Assembly (NCBI GenBank): GCA_963843145.1
Contig: CAWJJC010000011.1
Coordinates: forward strand, 1 to 64,000
Origin: an uncultured delta proteobacterium
GTDB taxonomy: Bacteria; Desulfobacterota; RBG-13-43-22
Direction: 5' to 3'
Length of the DNA: 64,000 bases
Numbering within the stretch: the stretch's first letter is position 1; every line of letters starts with the position of its first letter. Below, piece after piece: positions 11,158 to 20,429 of the stretch. A program made the translations under genes and the position numbers. The notes below the pieces were generated by a model. It had not been told where the DNA came from, did no database searches, and saw only the letters and a list, made by a program, of their open reading frames with translations.

Positions 11158-11846
11158 TTGCCATGAAACTGAACTACACCATTCAAAGATCGGCCAAGCG
11201 GCATAAACTGACCATCTCCGTCGAACGGGATCGCCGCATTGTCGTTCATGCACCGGCAGAAATTTCTGAAGAAAAGATCAGGCAGGTGGTGGAGTCAAAA
11301 CGTCAATGGATTTACGAAAAAATCGCCCATCCCCAAAAATATCAGAACCTGCCCCATCCACCCGGGAAGGAACTGGTCAGCGGGGAATCGGCACTCTATC
11401 TGGGGCGACAATATCGGATCGAGGTGGTCAACACAGGGCAGGCCGAGGTTCAGTTCGTACAGCGTTTCTTAATCCCGGCAACTCAGGGGAAAAAACGAGA
11501 GAAGGTTTTACGGGAATGGTATATCGGTAAGGCCAAAGAAAAGATCATCCCCCGGGTGAAAATTCACGCCCACGAACTCGGCGTCGATGTTTCCGGAATC
11601 AAAATCGTCGACAATCGCTTTCGATGGGGTTCCTGCACCCTGAATAACAATGTCAATTTCAACTGGCGACTGATTAAGGCACCCATGTTCGTCGTCGACT
11701 ACGTCATAGTCCACGAACTGGCTCACCTTATGGAGGCCAACCACACGCCCCGGTTCTGGAACATCGTTCGGACTCAAGCGCCGACCATGGAAAAGGCAAA
11801 AGCCTGGTTGAAGGAACATGGCCAACTTCTGGAACAGGAGATATGA
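11154..11846 (+). CDS. YgjP/DUF45 (M48-like) zinc metalloprotein, commonly downstream of hsdR
   Basis: RWGSC, DYVIVHELAHL (HExxH), NHTPRFW. Confidence 0.9.
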   Translation: MIAMKLNYTIQRSAKRHKLTISVERDRRIVVHAPAEISEEKIRQVVESKRQWIYEKIAHPQKYQNLPHPPGKELVSGESALYLGRQYRIEVVNTGQAEVQFVQRFLIPATQGKKREKVLREWYIGKAKEKIIPRVKIHAHELGVDVSGIKIVDNRFRWGSCTLNNNVNFNWRLIKAPMFVVDYVIVHELAHLMEANHTPRFWNIVRTQAPTMEKAKAWLKEHGQLLEQEI

Positions 11847-11869
11847 AGGAAAGTATCAAGGAACCTTGA

Positions 11870-12118
11870 ATGAAAGAAATTGAAATTTCAGAAGAGCCCA
11901 TTGAGCTCTATAAAATCTTGAAGTTCGAAAATTGGGTCGCTAGCGGCGGCGAAGCGAAACAGGTGATTTCTGAAGGCCACGTTATGGTAAATGGAAAGGT
12001 CGAAATCAGGAAGCGAAAGAAGATCTTTTCAGGCGATGTGGTTGAATTTGGAAAAGATATCATTCGCATAAAGGTCAGCGGCGCGGGTCGTCCGGATGGC
12101 CCGGGAACAGGCGGTTGA
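11870..12118 (+). CDS. S4-domain RNA-binding protein (YaaA/YbcJ-like)
   Basis: IELYKILK..SGGEAK..VMVNGKVEIRKRKKI..GDVV. Confidence 0.9.
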   Translation: MKEIEISEEPIELYKILKFENWVASGGEAKQVISEGHVMVNGKVEIRKRKKIFSGDVVEFGKDIIRIKVSGAGRPDGPGTGG

Positions 12119-12239
12119 CTTTATCCTCCTGGATGGAAACCTTGAATGGGGTCGGGCCAGGCGAAATATTTGACCCGGAGTGGAATACTGATGGATCCAT
12201 AGCCAAAATTGGATTAATGAAATAGAATAGGAAGCAATC

Positions 12240-12578
12240 ATGGAAGAAGTCACTAAAAATATGGGTCCGAAACTGTCGGAGATAGTCAAACGCCTGGTGG
12301 AGACTTATCAGCCCCTTCGCATCTATCTCTTTGGCTCCTACGCTCGTGGCGACACCGGGCCGGACAGCGATTACGATTTGATGATGGTTGTACCGGACGA
12401 TGCCCTACCTGAGCGCAAACGTGCCAAGCTGGCCTATGACAGACTATGGGGAACCGGCGCAGCGGCCGATGTGGTGGTATGGACAGACGGGCACTTCAAT
12501 CGGAGGTCTTCTGTCGTGACCTCCCTGCCGGCGACCGTTTTACGAGAAGGGAGGCTGGTCTATGACGCCCGATCCTGA
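12240..12578 (+). CDS. Minimal nucleotidyltransferase (MNT)
   Basis: YLFGSYARGD..DSDYDL motif. Confidence 0.9.
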   Translation: MEEVTKNMGPKLSEIVKRLVETYQPLRIYLFGSYARGDTGPDSDYDLMMVVPDDALPERKRAKLAYDRLWGTGAAADVVVWTDGHFNRRSSVVTSLPATVLREGRLVYDARS

Positions 12579-12675
12579 ACTTATTTCCGAGGAAGCAGAA
12601 GATGCCCTGAACCTTGCACGGGAGACTATGGCCGCTATCTTGACGCTGATGCCTCCCGAGGTAATAAGTTTTTAG
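12562..12675 (+). pseudogene. HEPN partner reduced to fused N- and C-termini
   Basis: 37-aa ORF overlapping the MNT stop: MTPDPELISE joined to EAEDALNLARETMAAILTLMP, resembling a HEPN terminal helix. Confidence 0.65.
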
Positions 12676-12714
12676 AGCCCAAATAAGATTAGATGGAAAA
12701 TGTTAGATGAATCT

Positions 12715-12905
12715 ATGCGTTTACGTATAAACATAAACGATATCTTTAAAGGCCGCCTGGTCGAATGAGAGCGGCTGGAGTTCAAGAAAGACTTGAACCC
12801 GGAGGCCGTTCTGCACATCCTGTGCACCTTTGCCAATGATTGTCAAGATTGAGTATGTGAATGCTTCTTCATCGAGATCGAAGCCAAACAGGGACGACCG
12901 ATCCA
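12715..12905 (+). pseudogene. AlbA_2/Schlafen N-terminal remnant with in-frame stop
   Basis: MRLRININDIFKGRLVE*ERLEFKKDLNPEAVLHILCTFAND. Confidence 0.75.
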
Positions 12906-12945
12906 GCCAACGACCTGTCCAAGAAAGGGCTAAATAGAATCCAGA

Positions 12946-13314
12946 ATGATGGATTCTTTGGATCTAATCTCCGAAAAACTAAAGAGGGATGAAATGAGTC
13001 CACCAGAAGAAGAGATTTTAAAAGGCTTCAAAGAGAGGATTTCTCATAGATTTTCCGCCGCACAGGTAATCCTGTTTGGTTCGAGGGCCCGGGGGGATGC
13101 CGATCCCCAATCGGATGCCGACGTGGTGGTTATCTTAAAGAATTCACCTTCCGAAGAGGATCAGGAATTTATCAGTGATTCCGCCTGGGAGGCCGGATAT
13201 CCTTATGGTCTTGTTATCGTGCCGGTAGTCTTCAGCCTTGAGGAATGGGAATCCGGGCCGGAGAGGTTTTCGCTTCTGGTTCAGGCCGTCCAGTCGGAAG
13301 GGGTTCGGTTATGA
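12946..13314 (+). CDS. Second minimal nucleotidyltransferase (MNT); downstream partner truncated
   Basis: ILFGSRARGDA..SDADV motif; overlapping ATG at 13311 (MKEDEIQTL) runs into unrelated sequence. Confidence 0.88.
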   Translation: MMDSLDLISEKLKRDEMSPPEEEILKGFKERISHRFSAAQVILFGSRARGDADPQSDADVVVILKNSPSEEDQEFISDSAWEAGYPYGLVIVPVVFSLEEWESGPERFSLLVQAVQSEGVRL

Positions 13315-13398
13315 AAGAAGATGAGATCCAAACCTTGTCACACCCTTTTGCCGCTATCCCTTCAATGCCCTTGACCCACCTTGGCACCCAACTTACCT

Positions 13399-14382
13399 TC
13401 AACCCTGCCCTTGACCAAAAATCGCCCTTTTAATCAATGTCTTGGCTATAACAATCTTATAGGCGTTCCGGCTGAGGGGCCGGGCCCCGGCTAAGGCTAG
13501 TTCGGAGGCCTGCAAGGCTGTATCTTCGTCGATGTTCCGGCCCTGCAAAAATGCCTCGGCGGTTTTAGCGCGGACCGGACCGGGGGCCAGGGCGCCGAGG
13601 GCCAGGCGGGCGTCGCGGCAGACCCCGTGGTCCTCTGTGATCACCGCAGCCAGGCTGACAATGGCAAAATCAATGGGGCGTCGGAGCGTAAACTTAAAAA
13701 AATGCTGTTTTGTCGAATTGTTAGGAACTGGAATCTCGATTTCGGTTAAGATATCGTTCCAATGAAGACCGAGGCCGAGGGGGTTATAAAAATCGATTAG
13801 CGCCATTTTCCTCTGGCCCTCAGGCCCGACAATGACCAGGTGGGCATCGAGTGCGGCCAGGGCAACGGAGGTATCCGAGGGGCAGACGGCGAAGCACTTC
13901 TTTCCCCCCAGGACGGCGTGGTAGCGGTTATCGCCCTTGACGGCCAGGCAGGGGCCTTTTCCCTTGCGGGCACAGGAAAGGGCGCCCCCCAGGTGACTGG
14001 GGTAGCGGTAATACCAGCAGCGCACCTCCTGGCAGAGGTTTCCGCCCAGGGTGGCGACGTTTCGTATCTGAGGGGTGGCCACGGTTTGGGCCGCTTCGGC
14101 CAGGACCCCATAGCGCTCCCGGAGGAGCGGGGAACCGACGATATCCTTGAGCCGGGTCAGGGCCCCGATCGTCAGCCGCCCGTTCTCTTCGCGGATAGCG
14201 TCCAAACCGACGATGGTCTTGATATCGATCACCGCCTGGGGATACGCGGGCAGGATTTCATCTTTCAGCACCCCGAGCAGGTCCGTTCCTCCGGCGTTTA
14301 TCCGGGCTTTCCCCCGATACCTGGTCAGCAGAGCCAAGGCCTCTTCAAGGGTATTCACCCGGAAGTGTCGGAAGGACTTCAT
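13399..14382 (-). CDS. Xanthine dehydrogenase family FAD subunit with [4Fe-4S] insert (HcrB/PaoB-like)
   Basis: AGGTDL, QIRNVATLGGNLCQ, Cys-rich insert RCWYYR..CARKGKGPC..H..C. Confidence 0.92.
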   Translation of the reverse strand: MKSFRHFRVNTLEEALALLTRYRGKARINAGGTDLLGVLKDEILPAYPQAVIDIKTIVGLDAIREENGRLTIGALTRLKDIVGSPLLRERYGVLAEAAQTVATPQIRNVATLGGNLCQEVRCWYYRYPSHLGGALSCARKGKGPCLAVKGDNRYHAVLGGKKCFAVCPSDTSVALAALDAHLVIVGPEGQRKMALIDFYNPLGLGLHWNDILTEIEIPVPNNSTKQHFFKFTLRRPIDFAIVSLAAVITEDHGVCRDARLALGALAPGPVRAKTAEAFLQGRNIDEDTALQASELALAGARPLSRNAYKIVIAKTLIKRAIFGQGQG

Positions 14383-16670
14383 CCGGTCCTCCTTGGACCA
14401 GGTCCGACCGGAATTTTACCCAAGGCTTGCAGGACTCGGTCCGGGGTCACCGGATAGGCGTGCAGCCAGGTGCCGATCGCGTTGGAAACGGCCATGAGGA
14501 TTGCCGAAGGCCCGGGAGAGGTGGCCACTTCACCGACGCCGACGGCCTGGAACCGGTGGCTGGGGATAGGCGTCTCCAAAACCACGTTGTCAATGACCGG
14601 CAAATCCGGGAAGGTCCGCCATTTATAATCGATCAGGTTGGCATTGAGAACCTGCCCGGTGGTCCGGTCGAGGACCGTCTCCTCAAAAAGGGCGCTGTCG
14701 ATACCGGCCGAGCCGAGGCAGCCGTTGAGCTGGCCCTCCAGTCCCGGCGGGTCGATGATCCGGCCCACGTCCGTGGCGTTGACCACGCGCCGCAACGTCA
14801 CTAGCCCGGTTTCGACATCGACCTCTACCTCCACAAAGGTCATCATGCAGTTGGCCAGGGTGAAATCCGGTTCAAAGCGGCCGGAACCCAAGCAGGTCCG
14901 GTCAATCCCCATGGCCTTCCAGGGAATTTTCTTTTCCGGATGCCCTTGAACAAAGACCAGGCCGTCCACCGTCTCCAAATCTTCCGGCCGGGCCTGGAGA
15001 CGGGGGGCCAACAGATCAAAGAGTTTTTCTTTGGCGTCCTGGGCGGCAGCGATCACCGCACTGCCGATGGCATAGGTTCCCCGGGAACCCACCGGACCGA
15101 ATTCATAGGGATTGATCACGGAATCGGGGGGTACGATGGAGATTCGTTCCCAGGGGATTTGCAGCACTTCGGCGGCCATCTTCATGAGGTTGCTCTTCTG
15201 CCCGGTCCCGTGTTCGGTCAGGCAGGAAAAAATCAGGGCCGTCCCATCCGGGTGAAGGCGGACATAGGCCTCTGAGGCATCTTCGCCGATATCGGCATTC
15301 CCATGGACGCCGACCCCCACCCCGATCCGTTTCGAGCCGTTCACGGCCGTGGGGGTAAGCCAGCCCTTCCATTTCTCCTGCCAGCCGAACCGCTCGGCCC
15401 CTTGCTCCATGGCCGGCGTGTAGTCGACGCCCCGGTAGGTGTACCAGCGGCCGTCCCGCCAAAAATAGCCATCGCCGGGTTTGACATAATTCTTCTTCAG
15501 CACCTCGAAAGGGTCCAGGCCGGCCTTGGCCATGGCCAGCGAGAGCAAAGGAATAAAGGCGCATTTCAGCTCCTGGCCGCCGAAGCCGCGGACGATGCCC
15601 GAGGCGTTTCGATTGGTGCAGACGATCTTCGTCTTGAGGTCCCAGTTGGGGCAGCGGACCATGATCTGCAGTTCCCCGCAGCCCACAGCCACCTGGGCCT
15701 GAGTGGTCATGGAGTACGAGCCGGTGTCCACCAGCCAGTCGCCGGAAACGGCCGTCACGGTCCCGTCCTTCTTCAGTCCTACGCGGGCCCGCATACGCGC
15801 TCCGGGCCGCAGGGTAAAGGTCGCCAAATGCTCTTCCTTGGTCAGGACCAGCTTCACCGGTCTGCCGGTGGCCCGACTCAGGAGCGCCGCCTGGGCCTGC
15901 ACCGGCCAGGACATCAGTTTGGACCCGAAACTTCCGCCGCAAGCGCCGCCTAGGGTCCGGACCTTAACCTCCCGATTAAAAATATGGAACAGGGTAATCT
16001 GGTCCATGTAAGGGGTCTGAGACGACACCCAGACCGTCAGCCTATTCGGCTCTTCCCAAAGGGCCACGGCCCCCGGCGGTTCGGGGGGAATGGGGTTGGG
16101 CAGGTTTTCATAGCCGAAGGTCCCTTCGGTGATAACGTCGGCTTCTTGAAACCCCTTTCCCACATCCCCCATTACGACTTCTTTCAAACAGTCGGGCCCA
16201 AAAAAGGGAGTGCCGGGGGGCAGCACATTGCCCGGAAACTGCCCGTACAATTGGGGCGCCCCGAGCTTCAAGGCCTCTTCCACCTCGAAAACGGCGGGCA
16301 GGATTTCGTACTCCACTTCGATCAGACTCAGGGCTTCCAGGGCGATTTCCTCTGTTAAGGCGGCTATCAGGGCCACCGCGTCGCCCACCTGCCTGACCTG
16401 GCGGTCGAGGACCCGTTTGCAGCGGGGAGTACCTCCCCTCCAGTCCGGCGCGTCTTCCCAGGTGAGCACGGCTTTGACCCCCGGGAGCGCCAGGGCCCGG
16501 GTCCTGTCAATTTTGTTGATCAAAGCATGGGGGTGGGGGCTTCGCAGCACCTTCCCGTAAAGCAGGTCGGGGAATTTCAGATCATCGAGATAGGTGGTGC
16601 TTCCGGTGACAATCTCCCGGGCATCCCGGCGGGGGAGGTTCTTACCGATATAGCGGTAGGTCTCGGTCAC
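14379..16670 (-). CDS. Xanthine dehydrogenase family molybdopterin-binding large subunit
   Basis: LRSPHPHA, GGSFGSK, RGFGG, EHGTG, GSRGT, GVGE motifs; 763 aa. Confidence 0.95.
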   Translation of the reverse strand: MTETYRYIGKNLPRRDAREIVTGSTTYLDDLKFPDLLYGKVLRSPHPHALINKIDRTRALALPGVKAVLTWEDAPDWRGGTPRCKRVLDRQVRQVGDAVALIAALTEEIALEALSLIEVEYEILPAVFEVEEALKLGAPQLYGQFPGNVLPPGTPFFGPDCLKEVVMGDVGKGFQEADVITEGTFGYENLPNPIPPEPPGAVALWEEPNRLTVWVSSQTPYMDQITLFHIFNREVKVRTLGGACGGSFGSKLMSWPVQAQAALLSRATGRPVKLVLTKEEHLATFTLRPGARMRARVGLKKDGTVTAVSGDWLVDTGSYSMTTQAQVAVGCGELQIMVRCPNWDLKTKIVCTNRNASGIVRGFGGQELKCAFIPLLSLAMAKAGLDPFEVLKKNYVKPGDGYFWRDGRWYTYRGVDYTPAMEQGAERFGWQEKWKGWLTPTAVNGSKRIGVGVGVHGNADIGEDASEAYVRLHPDGTALIFSCLTEHGTGQKSNLMKMAAEVLQIPWERISIVPPDSVINPYEFGPVGSRGTYAIGSAVIAAAQDAKEKLFDLLAPRLQARPEDLETVDGLVFVQGHPEKKIPWKAMGIDRTCLGSGRFEPDFTLANCMMTFVEVEVDVETGLVTLRRVVNATDVGRIIDPPGLEGQLNGCLGSAGIDSALFEETVLDRTTGQVLNANLIDYKWRTFPDLPVIDNVVLETPIPSHRFQAVGVGEVATSPGPSAILMAVSNAIGTWLHAYPVTPDRVLQALGKIPVGPGPRRTG

Positions 16671-16674
16671 GCCC

Positions 16675-17211
16675 TTACTTCCCTCGGGCGGAAACGGACA
16701 GGACCGCCTGCACCACCTGGTAGTGGCTGATGCAGCGGCAGAAATGGCCGGAAAGGGCGTCCTTGACCTCTTCTTCCGTCGGGGCGGGATTTTCGTTGAG
16801 CAGGGCCCGGGCGCTCAAGATCATTCCCGGTGTGCAGAAACCGCACTGAAAGGCGTTGTGGTCAATAAAAGCCTGTTGCAGGGGATCCAGCGCTCCGGTT
16901 TGCGGATCGGGCAGTCCCTCGATGGTGGTGATCGCCCTGCCGTCGCACTCGACCGTCAGAGTCATGCAGGAAAGGCGGGGCTCTCCATCGATCAGGACCG
17001 TGCAGGACCCGCAGGCGCCGTGGTCGCAGGAGACCTTGGTGCCGGTGAGGCCCAGCGTTTCCCGCAGGGTCTGGGCTAAGGTGTGGGAAGGCGCCACTTC
17101 CCCGGTGCCGCCGCCCAAAAGCAGCGTGTGGCTGCGTCCGTTCACGATGAGGTTCAGGGTTTGTTTCCTACCGGTCGGTTTTCTCTTCCGTCCTCTCAGA
17201 TCGCCTGTCAT
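16675..17211 (-). CDS. Xanthine dehydrogenase family 2x[2Fe-2S] small subunit
   Basis: CDHGACGSC..C, QCGFCTPG, CRC. Confidence 0.95.
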   Translation of the reverse strand: MTGDLRGRKRKPTGRKQTLNLIVNGRSHTLLLGGGTGEVAPSHTLAQTLRETLGLTGTKVSCDHGACGSCTVLIDGEPRLSCMTLTVECDGRAITTIEGLPDPQTGALDPLQQAFIDHNAFQCGFCTPGMILSARALLNENPAPTEEEVKDALSGHFCRCISHYQVVQAVLSVSARGK

Positions 17212-17226
17212 CTCATTTCCTTTTTC

Positions 17227-18081
17227 TCAGATCTTTCCGGCGCGGGATCTTCGAATCTTCTCCTGCCGTTCCCACTTCTGTTTTTTTCCCTCTGGCGGGT
17301 CATTTTTTGCCCCCAGTTGTCGCGATAACGCTTTCCCGGCCGCCGCCACCAGCGGTCCGTACCTACGGGCCGCTTCCGGAGAAGCCGCCCCCAGAACGAC
17401 AATATAGCCGACGGGGCGTCCGCCTGGGCCCAGTACCGGCGCGGCCACCGCATTAAGTCCCGGGGTGGTTTCCTCCAGGTCCTCGGCGAATCCATCCCGC
17501 CGGAAACGGTCCAGGTCTTTCATGAGTTTTGAATGGTCGAAACGGGACGGGTCCCCGTAAAAGTAAAGCTTCTTCTCCCTGAGTACATCTTGCAGTTCGG
17601 CATCCGGGAGAAACGCCGCTATGGCCTTCCCATGGCAGCCGTAGGTAAGCGGCAAACGATGTCCGACCCGCATGGTGACCACCACCGGACCGGGACCTTC
17701 CCGCTTGGCGGCCACGAAGACGTTTTGGCCGGCGATCAAGCCCAGGGCCGCTGTGGTCCCGGTCTTGCCGGCCAGTTCCTCCAAGATCGGCTCGGCCAGT
17801 CGGGGGGCGCTGAGATCGTCGAGGACCTTCCGGGAAAGGGAGATCAGGCTGGGACCCAAAGCGTAGCCCTTCCCTTCTTCATTCTTCCGGATCAGTCCAA
17901 ACCGCTGCAGCGTCTCCAGAATGGTAAAGGCCTTGCTCTTGTGGATCCCCACGCGGTCACAGATTTCGTTGAGGCTCAGGGCCGGGGCCGGAGTTTCGGC
18001 GAGACGGAAGAGGATGCGCGCGGCCTGCTCTACAGCCGGCGATACATAGCGGTCATTGTTTTTCTTGATCGGGTCTTTCAA
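17227..18081 (-). CDS. IclR family transcriptional regulator (C-terminal tail possibly frameshifted)
   Basis: N-terminal HTH GIHKSKAFTILETL, GKAIAAF, AVAAPV. Confidence 0.92.
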   Translation of the reverse strand: MKDPIKKNNDRYVSPAVEQAARILFRLAETPAPALSLNEICDRVGIHKSKAFTILETLQRFGLIRKNEEGKGYALGPSLISLSRKVLDDLSAPRLAEPILEELAGKTGTTAALGLIAGQNVFVAAKREGPGPVVVTMRVGHRLPLTYGCHGKAIAAFLPDAELQDVLREKKLYFYGDPSRFDHSKLMKDLDRFRRDGFAEDLEETTPGLNAVAAPVLGPGGRPVGYIVVLGAASPEAARRYGPLVAAAGKALSRQLGAKNDPPEGKKQKWERQEKIRRSRAGKI

Positions 18082-18162
18082 GGAATTGCCCTAAGTTTAA
18101 TTTGGAACTAAGGTTTTGTATGTAGAACTATCAAAACAAAGAGCTTCTGTCAAGAAAACAAA

Positions 18163-18217
18163 TTGACATTCCGATAATAATATTCATAATTACTTTATGT
18201 ATAAGTAATTATGAATA
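18163..18217 (+). promoter_or_regulatory. Sigma70 promoter overlapped by a 15-bp perfect inverted repeat (probable TA operator)
   Basis: TTGACA 18163, CATAAT 18185; TATTCATAATTACTT-N7-AAGTAATTATGAATA at 18181-18217. Confidence 0.75.
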
Positions 18218-18230
18218 AAGGAGTATTACC

Positions 18231-18518
18231 ATGCTGATGGAGGAACACCTGGGCACTATTACTCAGAAAGGACAGGTCACCATTCCTCTGGCGATCCGCA
18301 AGCTGCTGGGGGTGAAATCACGGGACCGGGTGGCCTTCCGTGTCATCGAGGGACGGGTGGAACTTGCCCCGGCCACGATGTCTCTGGAAGACACCTACGG
18401 GGCGGTCAAGCCGACCGCCCGCCCTGAAAAATGGTCTGAGATCCGCCGCCGGGTTCGGGAGGAAAAGGTGGGGCTGCGGACCGGCAAAACCCAACGTCCA
18501 CGGAAGGAAGGCCGCTGA
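18231..18518 (+). CDS. AbrB/MazE/SpoVT family antitoxin
   Basis: ITQKGQVTIPLAIRKLLG..DRVAF. Confidence 0.92.
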   Translation: MLMEEHLGTITQKGQVTIPLAIRKLLGVKSRDRVAFRVIEGRVELAPATMSLEDTYGAVKPTARPEKWSEIRRRVREEKVGLRTGKTQRPRKEGR

Positions 18519-18925
18519 TGGATTTTTTGGATACCAATGTAATCCTCCGGTACCTGACCCGGGACGACCCGGTTAAAGCCGAACGATGTTACGAGCTTTT
18601 TCAGCGGGTCAAACGTAAAGAGGTCAGGCTGACGACCTCGGAATCGGTTCTGGCCGAAGTTGTTTATGTGTTATCCTCCCGGTCGGTTTACAATCAAGGC
18701 CGCGAACAAGTGCGGAATTTGCTGCTGCCGATCGTCTCTCTAAGTGGACTTCTGGTTCCACATCGACGCTCATTCTTACGGGCCCTCGAATTCTACGCCG
18801 TCACGAATATGGATTTTGAAGATTGCCTTTCCCTGTCCCATATGGAACGGTTGAAAATAAAAACAATTTTGAGCTACGATCGGGATTTCGACCGGATAAA
18901 TACCATCCAGCGCCACGAACCCTGA
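18518..18925 (+). CDS. vapC: PIN-domain (VapC) toxin
   Basis: FLDTNVILR, EVVYVL, DFED, SYDRDF; translationally coupled to the antitoxin. Confidence 0.92.
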   Translation: MDFLDTNVILRYLTRDDPVKAERCYELFQRVKRKEVRLTTSESVLAEVVYVLSSRSVYNQGREQVRNLLLPIVSLSGLLVPHRRSFLRALEFYAVTNMDFEDCLSLSHMERLKIKTILSYDRDFDRINTIQRHEP

Positions 18926-19147
18926 GCTGGGCGATAGGGAGGCGATTAATCCGGACGAGTCGAAGATTTGGGAATTCACCCCCACTCCCAAACCGGGCAC
19001 ATCCCGGCGGTGGGCGGGATGCGCGATTAAGAAGTTAAATTAATTTGACAATCTGGAATATTTGGGATAGGAATTCGTGAAGATCGAATATTGGATTTCT
19101 TAATGGACAACCTTTAACCAAAGGAGTGTCGCTGGAAGAATATTAGA

Positions 19148-19183
19148 CCCCATTTCTTATTTAAAGAAGTGGGGATTTTTTTT
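19148..19183 (+). terminator. Rho-independent terminator
   Basis: CCCCATTTCTT / AAGAAGTGGGG stem followed by a T run. Confidence 0.65.
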
Positions 19184-19304
19184 GTGGAGATGATATCGCC
19201 GCAGTTCATAGGCGGATGAAACCTGGTTAAGGAATTTTTGGGGGAAAAACCAGTGCCGGAAAAAATGCGGCATTGCTCTTATCGGGTGTCCCGGTGTCAG
19301 TGGC

Positions 19305-19361
19305 CTGCACGGGCATATCAGCCTGGCGACCTGCGTGCCACGGGTCAACGTCGCATTAGGG
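19305..19361 (+). mobile_element. Decayed attC-like right half, copy 1
   Basis: CGACCTGCGTGCCACGGGTCAACGTCGC-ATTAGGG directly upstream of an ORF; related to 20360 and 21701. Confidence 0.6.
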
Positions 19362-19377
19362 TCAAGAGGTGCTGCTA

Positions 19378-20204
19378 TGAGCGATGAAATTATTGATGTT
19401 AAAGATCATGAACCATCTCGTAGTGGTAAAATAGCCAAAATTTCGCGTAGTGCTCTGCAGATTGCTGGCGGGGCAATTCCTTTTGCGGGCGGTATGTTGT
19501 CTGCGGCGGCGGGCGCTTGGTCGGAAGGAGAACAGGAAAAAGTAAATAGGTTCTTCAAACATTGGCTTCAGATGCTTCAAGATGAATTAAAGGAAAAAGA
19601 GCAGACAATAATCGAAATCATGGCGCGGCTTGATTTACAGGATGAAGAGATTTCCAAGAGAGTTGAGAGCAAAGAATATCAGACATTAATAAAGAAAACT
19701 TTCCGCGAATGGTCCGGGGCGGAGAGCGAAGAAAAGCGCAAGTACATTAGAAACATTTTGTCCAATGCCGCAGCCACCCAAGTTACCAGCGATGATGTAG
19801 TCCGCCTGTTCATCGACTGGATAAATCAGTATTCAGAGATGCATTTCCAGGTTATAGGTGCCATTTATAATAGCGACGGTATTACAAGAGGACGGATTTG
19901 GACAAAGATCGGCAAAGGGCCTGTTCGTGAGGATTCTGCTGATGCGGATCTTTATAAACTCCTATTCCGAGATCTAAGCACCGGGGGGATCATTCGTCAG
20001 CACCGAGAAGTCGATCGGTTCGGCAATTTTATACCTAAGTCCGCAGAAAGGCGGTTAAAAGGCAGTGGGACAAAACCACTTGTTTCTGCTTTTGATAATG
20101 AGGAAGGGTATGAATTAACGGCTTTGGGACGAGATTTTGTTCATTATGCAATGACGGATTTACCTCTCAGAATCGAATTTACCACTGATCCAAATAGGCC
20201 ATAA
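19378..20204 (+). CDS. Hypothetical cassette-like protein (possibly Abi-alpha/DUF4393-like)
   Basis: Long lower-GC ORF with GAGG upstream of ATG 19378; IPFAGG N-terminal motif and YELTALG wHTH-like end; family assignment is weak. Confidence 0.7.
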
Positions 20205-20307
20205 CGTCGCCATCCACTCGGACCTGAACAAAGCCGGGCGCATTTGGTCAATGGCACCCGCAAGGTTAAAGGCAGCGAAGTTTAGGCCGGTGATGACCGG
20301 CGGTGGC
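20199..20307 (+). mobile_element. attC-like site with degenerate R' end
   Basis: Stop codon lies within CCATAAC; CATCCACTCGGACCTGAAC pairs with GTTTAGGCCGGTGATG leaving extrahelical bases. Confidence 0.65.
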
Positions 20308-20359
20308 TCCACCTCCGGCGTCGCCAACCAGGCCATTGGATACTGTGTCACTGCCTCGC

Positions 20360-20411
20360 CTGGGCCTCCGGCCCAGCAACCTGCGTGTCACGGGTAAACG
20401 CCACGTTAACT
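20360..20411 (+). mobile_element. Decayed attC-like right half, copy 2
   Basis: CTGGGCC/GGCCCAG hairpin, then CAACCTGCGTGTCACGGGTAAACGCCAC-GTTAACT. Confidence 0.6.
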
Positions 20412-20429
20412 GGCTTAGGGTAAACGAAG

